A stretch of 42,337 bases of DNA from Guillardia theta CCMP2712 (lineage: Eukaryota; Protista; Cryptophyta), in NCBI RefSeq assembly GCF_000315625.1, contig NW_005434564.1:13818-56154 (forward strand), given 5' to 3'. The position numbers were made by a program, and so were the translations under genes. Positions 1 through 11,664 of this stretch are shown piece by piece. The notes beneath the pieces are model-generated. The model saw nothing but the letters and a program-made list of their open reading frames with translations, did not search any database and was not told where the DNA came from. Numbering within the stretch: position 1 is the stretch's first letter; each line of letters begins with the position of its first letter.

Positions 1-521
1 TCACGTGAAGGGCATATGAATCATATGGCTCAAACTATGCTTCTAACATCGCTGAGAAGCAGCAGATCTAGAAATGATCGAGTATAAGCGATCTTGTTGT
101 ATCAATATCTGTGTAATTGCATGACTGTTACACATCTTGCTGACGTGTCCGGGAGTCTGATGTATTTTGCAATGCACAATTCGGCTTGTATATTTTACAA
201 GGGAAGAGCTAGTGTGTTGGCTCAGTTCATCCAGATTTTGCTGAGAGAAATGATCTTTGCTGTAGGACAGACAGACGGGGCGTCAGACTGACAGACAGAC
301 AGACAGACAGACAGCAGACAGACAGGAGGGGAGGGGAGGGGAGAGAGAGAGAGAGAGAGAGACAGAGACAGACAGAGACAGAGACAGACAGAGACAGAGA
401 CAGAGACAGAAAGAGATGGGGGGAGGGGGGGGAGGTTTGGGGAGGGAGGCGATCAGTAGAAGAGAACCGTGGGAGGGGAAGTGAAGTGAACAACAATAAG
501 ATATTGTGGGGTACAAGTCAC

Positions 522-3500
522 CTGAATCTTCAAACCCATGATGACAAGTTGCTCTAGAACTCCCTGCGAAAGTATGAGAGACAGAAAGACAAGTGGTGGA
601 AGCAGGGCAGGGAAGGAGAAACGAAGCAGGACAGGGGAAGGAGAAAGGAGGCAGGACGGGGAAGGAGAAAGGAAGCAGGACGGGGAAGGAGAAAGGATTT
701 TATGTTACCTTGACACAGGCTGGAATCATGCCGAGGTCCTCGCCGCAGACCTGAGACAAGTGAGGGGAGAGAGCAGCAGCATCGCCGTCACCATCATGCG
801 CGAGGCGTCCAGAAGCGGCGGGAGCTTCAGCATCGCAGCATCCGCCCAGTACTGATCCTGATAACGGTGATGAGCGACATGACGATGGAAGGAGACTTGA
901 GGGGGAAAGAACATGGAAAACAGTTGAAGGAGAAGCAGAGGGAGGAGGTGAGGGAAAATGATGGGACGGGTGGGAGGAAAAGGAGGGCTGAGAGCGCAGG
1001 GCAGGAGGAAGAAAGGGGATTTAGAGGGGAAAGATTTACCTGTCTGCCGTAGAAGTATGACTGATAAAGATTACGCAGCTTGTTCTGCATGTCGCCAGGA
1101 AGTTCCTGCTGGAAAGATAAGAGGATAGAAGAGAACGAGAAAGAAGGGAAGAGGAAGAGAGGGGGAAAGAGAGGAAAGTGAGAGGATTGGAAAGCAAAAG
1201 AAAGCGGCAAGGATGAGGAATGAGAGGAAGGGGATCAAGAGAGGTAAGCAGCATTCCTGAAAGGAGGTTGTCTTCCACATCTCAATCCTCTGCGAGTCGT
1301 CAGGGTCAGTGAGGCAGGCGGAGAACAACCGGGTAGAAAGCTTCATGCGGACGATCGTCATCGCGAAGCAACACGACGTTGTTGATGAGCTGAGAAAAGT
1401 CGTAAGGGCAGCAACAGCAAGAGAGAGCAGACAGAGCCAATGAAGACGACAAAGAGTGGAGGATGAGATGAGGTGAAGAAGGGATAGAGCAAGGAGGATG
1501 CAAACGAACTCACTAGCTTCAGATTGTAAATCATCTCCTCCTTGCTCTTGTACCCAACACAAGACCCTTCCCTGTTCCAAAGGTTTACACCTCCTCCTTC
1601 TCCGCCACCTTTTCTCTCTTCCCACCATTACCCTCCTTCCAACTTGCCCTCCTCCCGCTCCCCCTTGCCCTCCTCCCGCTCGTTTCCCCATGCATGGCTC
1701 ACCTTTCCACAATCTTCTCGATCTCAACTTCGCTGCAGAGCCCTTGCTTGAACTTGAAGGTTTCGTAACTTGCCAATCAAATCAGCAATATTCCCCCCTA
1801 CTCCTCCTTCAACCCTCCCTCCTCCCTTCTCCCTCCCTTCTCCTCCCTCCTCCCTCCTGCTACCCGTCGTCATCGAAGAATCGGTTCTTCACTCTCATCC
1901 TGTCGTGGGGTCATCGTCGCCATGTCTCTTCCTCCTTCACCAGTCATGTCCGAAGAATCTCTCCATCAGATGTTTCTTCACGTGCGGGTTGCAAAGGCGA
2001 TCAATTTGATGCTCCATGCCCTACCAAATGTCAGTGCACAAACATGACCTCCTCTTGTTTCAGCCTTCTTCCTCCTCCAGTCTTCACACAGACATGCTTC
2101 TACCTCTGATCATGACATTCTCCTCCTCTCCTCCTCTCCTCTACTCTTCCTCCTCTTTCCCACACTGCTTTCTCACCGCATTTCTCAGCTCATCTCGATG
2201 GATGGGGAGCGACGGCCGGAACCTGCCGAGCAGGCCGCCAGTAGCGCTGGAAGGCATCTCCCAGATACGGAAAAAGCCTGAGAGGATGATGAGGGGGAGA
2301 GAAAGAGAGAAAGAGAGAAAGAGAGGAGCGACATGGGGGAGACAGCAGTGGATGCGAGCACAAGAAATGTCAGCTGGAAGAGACTAGGCAGAGACGAGAA
2401 CAGACAAGGCTAAGAGGAACAAAAACAACAAATGAGGGGGAGGAGGGGGAGGATGGGGAGGATGGGGAGGAAGGGGAGGAAGGGGAGGAGGAGACCGAGG
2501 ATGTGGTCGATCCTGTAGGCATGGAAGTATTGGCTCATCCAATTCAGTCGCGAACGCCACCAGCTGAAGCCATCTCGCTGCATCGCCTCCCAGTTGTAGG
2601 TGGGAAAACCCCAATTCTGATGGCAGAGGAGAATGAGAACAAGAGAAGGGCAAGCGCAACGGGGGGGGCAGGGGCGACAGAGGAAAGGTGGAGAATGAGA
2701 GGGAGGAGGACGAGAAGAGGAGGACACCTGTCCCATCTCGGAGTAATCATCAGGAGGAGCTCCGGTCTTCTTGTTCATGTGGAAGAGGTGGGGATGGTAC
2801 CAGGCGTCCACGCTGTCGTGATCGATTCCGATGGGGAGATCGCCTGGTTGCTCCTCGTCAAGGGAGAGATGAAGGTACGAAGACTCGAGATAAACTTGAA
2901 GAGACGACAGAGAGGAAACGGAGAAAGTAGAGGGAGAAGGAAACGAGAGGAAAAGAGCGAAAGGGAGGAGAGAGGAGAAAAGAAACGGAAGGAAGGTTCA
3001 AGGTTATCGATGGAGGGAGCTTGCCTTTGAGAACAACTCCATTCGTAGCTGCATACTTGGAGGCATCCAACAGCTGCTCGTGACAAAGAAATTGAACAAA
3101 CCTGACAGAATGAGTGACCAGAAGAAATAGGGGAAAAGATACAAAGAAGCGAGGAAGACAAAACGCTGAAGATGCAGGGGAAAGAAAGCAGAAGGGGAGG
3201 GGGGAGAAAGGAAAGGGAGGAACAAAGAAGGAGAGGAGCCGGCAGGAGAAGGACGGGAGGGAGGGAGCGAAAGACCAGTAGAAGGAGATGCCCTTGTAGA
3301 ACTCTGAATCTTCGTCGGTCATGCTCTGAAGCACAGTCAGACCTGAGGCAGGAAGGGGAAAAGAAAGTAGAAACAAGGAGAGGGAGGAGGAAGAGAGAGA
3401 TGAAGGGAAGATGAAGAGGAGGAGAGAACAGGAGAAAGTAGCGGCACCATAAGTTTCTCTTTGTTGATTCCTGTACCCAACTTGCCCCATTCGTCTGGGT

Positions 3501-6500
3501 TTGCTGACCCGAAGAAGTCCCTGTGAGACTCACATAAGCAAACAATGCTCCGTGACGACCACCCCCTCCTCCTCCTCCTCCTCCTCCTCCTCCTCCGCCT
3601 CCTCCGCCTCCGCCTCCTCCTCCTCCTCCTCCTATGAACACTACTACAATCTCTTTCTGTTCTTCCCTGCCATGTTCCTCCCTCCCTCCCTCCCTATGGT
3701 TGCTCTACCATCAACACGCGCTCCTACACCTCAAGCCAATCCCTCGTTTCTCTTCTTTCCCCCCCTTTCCTTTTCCCTCCTCCTCCTCCTCCTCCTCCTC
3801 CTCCCGCCCTTCGCTCCCTCGCCTTCTTCACCTCAGCCAGCAAAACAGTCCGTAGGGTCGAAGCCAGAACTCAGCTCGATCAAAGAATTCCTTGTACTCC
3901 TCCGACTCCATGACCTGCATCATCCGTGATTTAGTCCTCGCTCCCTCCTTCGCTCCCCCCCCCTCCCCTCCAACATTCTCTTCTTCTCCCCTCCACCACT
4001 TCTCCCCCTGTCTCTCCTTCCCCTCAAGCTCTTCCTGTCCTTCTCTTCAGCCTCTCTCCACCTCCTGAACCTTTTTTTTGTCCTCCGCCTCCTCCTCTCA
4101 CCTTGGCTCCGATCTCCTTGAAGGCTCGTCGCAAGAACCCTGTCTTGACGCGCATGACCTGAAAAGATGGATCAGCACAAGGTACGCAAAGTCAGGAGAG
4201 GAGGATGACGAGGAAGAGGCAAGGAGAACTGAAACGTGAAGGGATAATGGAAACGAAGAAAGGGACGTGAGCATTGGAATAGGAAGTAACAGATACGTAG
4301 GTGAGGAGAACAAAGAAAGGAAGAGCGCTGGAGGAAGAGGAGGAGGAGGCAGTAGCAGAAGCAGCAGCGGTAGTAGCAGCAGCGGCAGTAACAGCGGGGG
4401 CAGCAGTAGGAGTAGTAGCAGCCGAAGCAGAAGCAGAAGCAGAAGCAGAAGCAGAAGCAGCGGTAGTAGAAGCGGCAGCATTATTGTTAGACCTCGGGGT
4501 AATCGATGGGTCGGTCAAGCTCAGTCTTGAGGTCCTGCCATTGAAGTGAACTAGAGGAGAATACATTGAATCTCTTCACCTTGTCCCACTGAGCCTCCTT
4601 GTAGTAGTTGTCTTCGTTGAGCCTCTTCGCCTCCTGCCTCCTCCTCAGCCTCTCCTGCGTTCCCTCCTCTCTTCTTCTCTTTCGCTCCTTTCCTTCCCAT
4701 CTCCCTCCACCACTCTCCCCTCTCCCTGCTCCCCTTCTTACCTTCTCTATATCCGCCTTGAGAGCAGCAGAAAGACCTTCGATGTCCTACCACGCGAGTG
4801 AGGGAAAGCAGCACTGACCCACAGGTGCTGAGAAGAGGAAGAGCAGAAATGGAAAGAACCAAAGGGCAGGAGAAGGACAAGGAGGAGGTACAGGAGAACC
4901 CGCAGGAGCAGGAGCAGGAGCACCAAGGGAACATAGAGAAAGAGCAAAAAAGGAGAGAAGAAACAAAGGAGGCAGAGAGAAAAAGAAAAGAGAGGAGGAG
5001 GAGAGGAGAGGAGAAGATTACATTCAAACGGAGGTACATCGGGTGCAGTGCATGAACGGAGATTGAAGAGTAAGGATAAGAGTCTCTTTCGTCTGAGGGG
5101 CTGCAGCAAACAGCAGGTCAGCCTTGGGAAGAAGCTAGAGCATCCGCGGGCGAAGCCGGGGATGAGACGGAGAAAAGAAGGAGAAGAGGAGGAGAGAGCA
5201 GAGAGTAGTCAGACCTATGGGAGATGGTATCTGTAACTGGAAGCAGCTGAATCATCTTCAACCCCGCCTTGCGGCACCTGACCGGCAGTCGATCAGAAGA
5301 GAAAGCTGAACGAGGGAGCGGAGAGGAGGAGAAGGAAAACGACAGAGGTAGAGGAAGAGACAGGAAGCAGAAGATGAGAGGAAGAGCAAAACTTCCTACC
5401 AGTCCACAAGTCCCTTGATGTCAGCAAACTCGCCAACTCCCATCCCCTTGTCTGATCGCAGACCAAAGACTGGGACGGCGACACCAGCTCCTGCCATTAT
5501 CTTGAGCAGGGGAGAGCAGAAGGAGGGGAGAAAGGGAGCAGTTGAGGGAGGTTGGAGGGTTGAAGCAGGAGGACCTGCAGGCAGAACGAGCAGGGAAGGG
5601 TAGGGAGGAAGGACTACGAACCTCTCCACTGGCTCTTGAAGAGAGGATTCTTGGAGACAGCAGGGTCGGGGTCGTCATTGACAACCACCTGGACATTAGC
5701 AGGTTAAGTGCATGAAATTGTCAGCGTCTCATCCTCCTTTACCATGCATCTGTTGCAAGTCTTGCCGCCCGCGTCCGTGATCTTCATGACGGCAAGAGAC
5801 TCTTCGAGGTCTTGAGGCGAAGCCTCCACCTTCCTCCTCATCAGCTCATCTGCTCGTCATCCTCCTGCGGGACACCAACTCCATTCTCCTCTCCTTCCCC
5901 TCACTTTCTCCTATCCCCTCTCTCCTTCTTCTACTGTCTCTCTTCGTGCTACTCTCCAAAATATCCTCCTCATCGCCAGACCTTGTGTGCTGACTCCCCC
6001 TGCTCCACGGCAAGAACCTTCTTGGTCTTCTCCTCCATGATAACATACCTGCCGGAAACGAGGTGAGAGGGAAAAGATAGGACGAAGGGGAGGCAGGAAA
6101 GAATGTGATCAAAAAGAGAAAGCAAGCAAGCAAGCGGCATACCGGTAGTAAAGTGGCATCTGATGCATCGGAACATCCACTTCCACCTCCCACAGCGGGT
6201 AGTTGAGCCCCGACATGGGCGTGACCTGTGGTTGCATGAATAGAAAGCGAGAGAGAGGAGGGAGGGAGGGAGGGAAAGGAAGGAGTGACTTGGGTGATGG
6301 AACAGAAGGAGAGTAGCAGGAAGGAAGAGGAGGAAGGTAAACAGATATCAGACCTTCCCGTCCTCCCAGTTACCCAGCGCTGTGCAACTTCCTAGGGAGA
6401 GTGTAAACTTTGGACCACAAGCATCTAAGGAAGAGGAGGCTGTAGATTCAATACAAAAATTGCAAGACAGAACAGTTGATGCAGAGTGCATCCCATAAGC

Positions 6501-6551
6501 AGAAAGAACAGACCAAGAAAATGATCAAAACAAGAAACCGAAGCCGCAGCC

Positions 6552-6582
<31 letters not shown>

Positions 6583-8031
6583 CAGTAGCAGCAGCAGCAG
6601 CAGTGGTAGCAGCAGCAGCAGCAGCAGCAGCAGTCGCAGACCTATGACGGCCATGACGTGTCCAGGTTCAACGCGCGGGTTCTCGATGGTCAGACGCACC
6701 TGGAGAGGAGAGTGAGAAACAACCGCATGTCTTCAGCTAGTCCAACCGAGATGAGATTCTCGTCCTTGTTCGCGCTCCCAGTGCTGAGTTAACCCACGTC
6801 ATCGAATCCCTCGCCCAGCTGGCAGCTCACCTGGAGGTTCTCTTGAAGGCTCTGACAACTTGCTCCGATCTGAGCTTGTCGTTGAAGATGACGTCGGAGA
6901 AGGCTGACGACTGACCAGCATCGCCACGTCAGCCCCCGCCCCCTCTCCTCCTCCCTACCAACCAAGAAGATGCTCGACAGCGAGCTCTGACTCTTCCAGA
7001 TGTCTCGGATCTCCATCACGGCAGGGTATGTGTCCTGCAGGGGAGCTGTCACGAATTGTCCTGTGCAGGGAGGGAGACGCACAGCAGGGCCAGCGAGGTT
7101 CAGGATCCTGCCGTTCTTGCTGCCTCCTTCACAGATGGGCGGGTGCTGCTTGTTGTCATCAACAATGCAGTACCTAACAGCATCATCAGGGAGCCTGTCT
7201 CGGCACAGGGTGGGGAACGAGTACCTGTACTGCACAACTGGAGGAGGGTCAGCGTCCGGGGAAAGTTCGAGCGCCATGTCGAGGCCCCAGTCGTCGTTCT
7301 TGATGTACTTTGACAAGAGGGTTGGTGTTGACGTCATCACAGCTGATTCGTTACCTGCATGCGAGCTCCCTTGCCGCTCTCTGCTGCCTTTTGTACATCC
7401 GTGACCTGCCTTGGACCTCAGGGCACCATTGGTGAGTTGTCGCGCTCCTACCGTCGGCGTTTCGACTCCTCCCAGTTCCGCCAGGGATCCAACTGAAGCA
7501 CCGTGTGAGAACGTTCTAGGGAGGGAAGAGGGAGGGAAGAGGCTCACCGATGATGACGTTCTCTCCGAAACGAGTCTTGTAGTTCGTTCTGAACCTGAGC
7601 ACAACCTGCTTTCATCAGCGAATGCCAAACCGAAGTCAGGGCGAGAGACCTTGACGCTGGTCTGGTCCTGGGAGACAACCTTGACAGCAGCCTGATCAAA
7701 GTCAGAGACGAAGCAGGAGCAGGGGCCTCACCTTTCCCACTGACGACAGAGAGGTAGGGAGAATGGCTGCACAAACAGGATAGTCAGAGGGACCAGGCGA
7801 CTCTGGCAATCAGCTGCGTTACAAGCTCCTCCTCTCAGCCTCATCTGCTCTAGTGGCTGTATGGAGGCATGTGGGGCCGGAAGCTTCTGCGAGCTCGCGT
7901 CAGAGAGCTGAGCAGCATGAGCAGCATGCAATCACAGCGAATTCGGATCCTGCCATGGCTGAGGATGCGAGGAAGGCGAACATCTGTGCTCCTAGGAGGA
8001 GGAGAACAGATCGCAATCGACGGCCAGGCAT
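522..8031 (-). CDS. DPE2: 4-alpha-glucanotransferase DPE2 (signal peptide + spacer + 2x CBM20 + GH77), many exons; C-terminal part not found in window
   Basis: Hand-spliced exons give CBM20 starts VVLRFRTNYKTRFGENVIIVGSLAELGG and VRLTIENPRVEPGHVMAVIG..LGNW, then WRGAGVAVPVFGLRS, IQLLPVTDT, DSYPYSSISVHALHPMYL, VLKGDLPIG, GAPPDDYSEMGQNWGFPTYNW, AYRIDHILGFFRIWE, VCGEDLGMIP, GLKIQ, which are plant-type DPE2 motifs. Start ATG 8031 (alternative 8064). Confidence 0.95.
601..696. repeat. ~24-nt purine-rich tandem repeat (AGCAGGACGGGGAAGGAGAAAGGA-like, about 4 copies) in a DPE2 intron
   Basis: Read directly from the sequence. Confidence 0.8.
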
Positions 8032-8599
8032 CGCTTGCTGCCTCCCTTGCAGAGCTGAAATCATTCCCTGCCAGCAAGCAATGCGGAGTCAGCGATACAC
8101 GAAGCGCTTGTGTCCTCGTCTTTCCACCGCTTGCTCTAGGTGGTATCCCCCTCTCAGCCATCTGCTTCATATAGTGCATGGTGGAGAAAGGAGGGGACCG
8201 AGGAGCAAGGAATGCCAACATAACCAGTCCAGCCAGGACAGGAGGTAAACGTGGTGGAAGAGATAGTCGCGGTGGAGAATGAGGTGAGCGAGATATGGAG
8301 GATGTGGGAGATGGAGGAGATGAAGGAGATGAAGGAGGGGAAGGAGCTAGAGGAGATGGAAGAGATGAAAGAGGATGGTAGCATGTGTGCCATGTGTGTA
8401 TGTCCTTGAGGTCTCTTGACATGTCGCTTTCGCGCTTGTCGTCTAGAATGTGCGGTTGTTCCTCGCGTTGTCTCTCCCCCCCTCCTTTGTCTGCTTTATG
8501 GCCCTCTCTTACCTTCTACCCCCAAGCTGCTCGATTCTTCTCTAATGCTACTAGTAAATTCTCTCAATGATCCTCCCATACCATTGTGTCCAATGAGGT

Positions 8600-9300
8600 T
8601 CCGGATCCGCACCACCCCCACCAACTCCAACACCTTCCACCCTCTTCAAGCTTATGCATACCCCTGAAGATCAGAATGTACCCCTTTTTGACCTGTCGGG
8701 CCCGGTGCTTTCCCATCAAAAGGGGCTGAGTGGCGTAGGTAAAGGTAGACCCCTACCCCCACTTTATTTCATCCACCCTCCTCAATTTCACCCCCACCCA
8801 CCCTTCGATCACGACCGTAACTCAAGCCTGTAGGACACGACGAGGCCACACAAGTCACTACTGATGGGGGCCTGGCCGCACTCCGAGGCGGACTCGGAAT
8901 TATATCAGTGGGCGCCGGGGGACGACCGGGTCCGTCGGACTGGGCGTGACTGAGCTGTAAAGCAAGTGTTGCCTTTTAAAGTTACCGTGTACGGTCGCCC
9001 GTCCGTCACGTCCGAGTCAGTACACTGAGCGCCGGGCCCGCCACCGCGGCCCGGCGGCGCGGCAGTCTCACTCCGACTCCCGAGGCTCAGCCGCCGGAGC
9101 CCGGGGTCACCGTTACGGTACCGTCCGAGGACTCAACTTGACTAGCGGCGGCCGAGGCCTAGCCTACACTCAGTGGCACTGACACTCCAGAGTCCTACTA
9201 GTGACTACCCCGGGCCTGGCACACGGTGAAAACGGGCCCGCCTCACGAGTCAACAGAACCCACATTATTTCACTGAGGCGGGCCTGCCAATCGCTTGCCC
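8600..9300. promoter_or_regulatory. Divergent promoter region DPE2/ITFG2 with a YACCCC cluster followed by a GC-rich GACTC/CCGGG block
   Basis: Lies between head-to-head start codons (8031 minus, 9308 plus). The motif layout matches 29800-30640. Confidence 0.5.
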
Positions 9301-9307
9301 GACGGAG

Positions 9308-11447
9308 ATGAGGCGAATCATGCTGAGCGGAGGGCGGATGGGGGAGGAGGAGGCGGCCTGCATGTGCCTGCATGACTTCGACGGCGATGGAGAAGAGGAG
9401 GTAGCATGTGCCCTTCCTTCCGGTCGCCTCTGCATCCTCAAGGCAAGGGATGGGGACCAGCTTGAGGAGATTTCGAGCACAGCCATGGAATGCGAGGGGA
9501 TGGTTGTGTTTCTGCTTGTAGGGAGACTGCTGGACGAGGAAGTTTCAAACCTCATCGCCATCGACATGGCAGGAGTAGCGCATATTTACTCCGTCCACGT
9601 CCACACCTCCAGGAGGATCTCTACCAAGAGATGCTTTTCCCATCCCCTGACGAAGAACATTTGCAAGGCGACTGTCATGATGGTGAGGCATGTGTGGTAG
9701 AGGTGGTCGCTGAACGACATGAAGGTCGGCGAGACGCGATCCTGCATCCTGATCGCCACAACTGACGGGAAATTTCAAGCATACGTACCACAAGAGGTTC
9801 AGGTGAAGGAGCTGGTATCCCGGTATTGCGTCTCCTTGCCGATTCAGCGCATGGGTGACGACGAGACAGTTCCGCGAAGCTTTCGTCGTCGGCCCTGATG
9901 ACAAGCATGCTTGAAGACAACTCGAGGAGCCCCCGCAGCTCAGACGCGAAGTCTGCCGTCCATCCTTCGGTGCTCTGCGTCCCCCGTGTCGCTTCGCTGC
10001 TGTGACAAGAACAGGCGTTACAGGATTTCTTCTCTCCTGCCAGCCCTGCCAGTCAAAGTCTGCCGCTGCTGAGACCGAAGGCATCCGGGTATGTCAACTC
10101 CTCAAATGTCTTGCATGACCACCTGGTTGTCTCAGCATATCCGGGCAGTTCCGTCTGCACCTCTACCACTCGCATCAGTTTCAGAACGGTGCCCTCGGCA
10201 GCGCCACACCTGGTTATGATGTTTCGCTCCAGGAATCTCCAGCATCTGCCCTGTTGGAACCAACCGCGATGGGCACCCAGTGTGTGCAGTGTCGCTCATC
10301 ACCAAGGTGAGCCCGAGAGTCTTGGTGATCAACGGAAGGCATTCCTTGGAGAACATGGAAGACTCAAACAACAACGAGGCGGAGATTGAGCATGAATGGC
10401 TCAAGTCTCAGCTGAACTTGTGCGGGTCTGCAGACCAAGTCAAGGTTCGACATGCTGCAGAGGTTCTCCTGCTCAGCCTTGCTGCAGGACAACATCGTCA
10501 TCTCCATGGATGCGATCGAGGCAACCGGAGGAGAAGCAGAGGACGAGGCTGCGCAGCCAGCGAAAACGGATCTCGGAGGTAGGCCTTTGACGCTGCTCTT
10601 GCTCTTGACCTGAGTCTCTCTCAGATACGGCCTCGTCCCTGTCTAGCGTCTGGCTTGTTGCTGGTGTTCATTGCAACGGAGAGATTTTTGTCCACAAATT
10701 TCAGGCCAACTCGTTGCCTGTTGGCGATGCGAATCAGACCTTAGATGCGTCCTCTTCTACCTCCTTGCCGGGAAACGAGATACTCAGTTTTAAGATCGAT
10801 GTCAAGTCGCGGGATGACCGACCTATAAGCATCATGTGGCGACGAGGACCTGTCTTGCTGGACTCTTGTGCCCTGTTGGATCAGGTGGTTGTGTTTACAC
10901 AGATGGGAAGGTGAGAGTGAGAGAAGGGTGGAGAAAGTGATAAAGTTGGGGAGGGCACTGGTGTGGGTTTGGGGTGGGTAAAAGAGAGGACGAGGAGCAT
11001 GAGGACGAGGAGGACGAGGAGCGGGAGCAGGTCCTAATTGATGACTCCCAGGGTTGTTTTCATCGACATGGAAGGGCATTCCATCCTCGCTGAAGTTGGG
11101 GCTCCCATAGCACAAGCGTCAGTCCGATCGTCTGCGTGCAACAAGCGCTTATTCCTTGCCGTCCTCCTTCTCTCTGGACATGTTCGCTTCTACACCGACA
11201 TCCGCCTGACAAGCCTCAAGATGCGATCTCTTCTCCATGTCCGCCAGCAGCTCAGCGACCTACTCGACTTTTCCTCCTCTGGTGTCCCTGCTTGTCTTCC
11301 AGCGTGTCCCCGACTGATCCTCGGGTTGCAGGTTCGCAAGATGTGGAGCAAGAAATTTCGGCGGCGCTCTACACGGACTGGAACGGGCGAGCCATGCACG
11401 AGTACAAGCAGTGGCTTCAAAGCTCCACAGCAAGAGGAGAAAGATGA
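9308..11447 (+). CDS. ITFG2: ITFG2-like (integrin-alpha FG-GAP repeat protein 2, KICSTOR subunit), multi-exon
   Basis: CLHDFDGDGEEEVACALPSGRLCILK, CEGMVVFLLVG, LIAIDMAGVAHIY, HPLTKNICK..ILIATTDGKFQAY and C-terminal GRVVFIDMEG..SGHVRFYTDIRL follow the ITFG2 pattern in order. Last exon ends ..TARGER* at 11447. Confidence 0.7.
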
Positions 11448-11664
11448 TGCGAGAAGCTTACCGACGCCCTTATCTTCGTGTATTCTCATACTTGTGTAAA
11501 TATCTCAATGTTCTGACGTACAATTTCCCCTTCATTGACGTTGCAAGACAGTTTGACTGCACAAGTTAACTTTCCATGTACTGGGTGAAGACGGCAAGGA
11601 AAGGAGGTTCGGAGGCTCCTTCCCTTTCCGGACAAGGACGAAGACAAGAAAGTCCCCGGCAGAT

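Noticed and set aside
7850-8422. 190-aa ORF with a hydrophobic stretch as the DPE2 N-terminus
   Set aside because: It is out of phase with the downstream acceptor at 7887; another frame (ATG 8031) gives a clean signal peptide and splices in frame.
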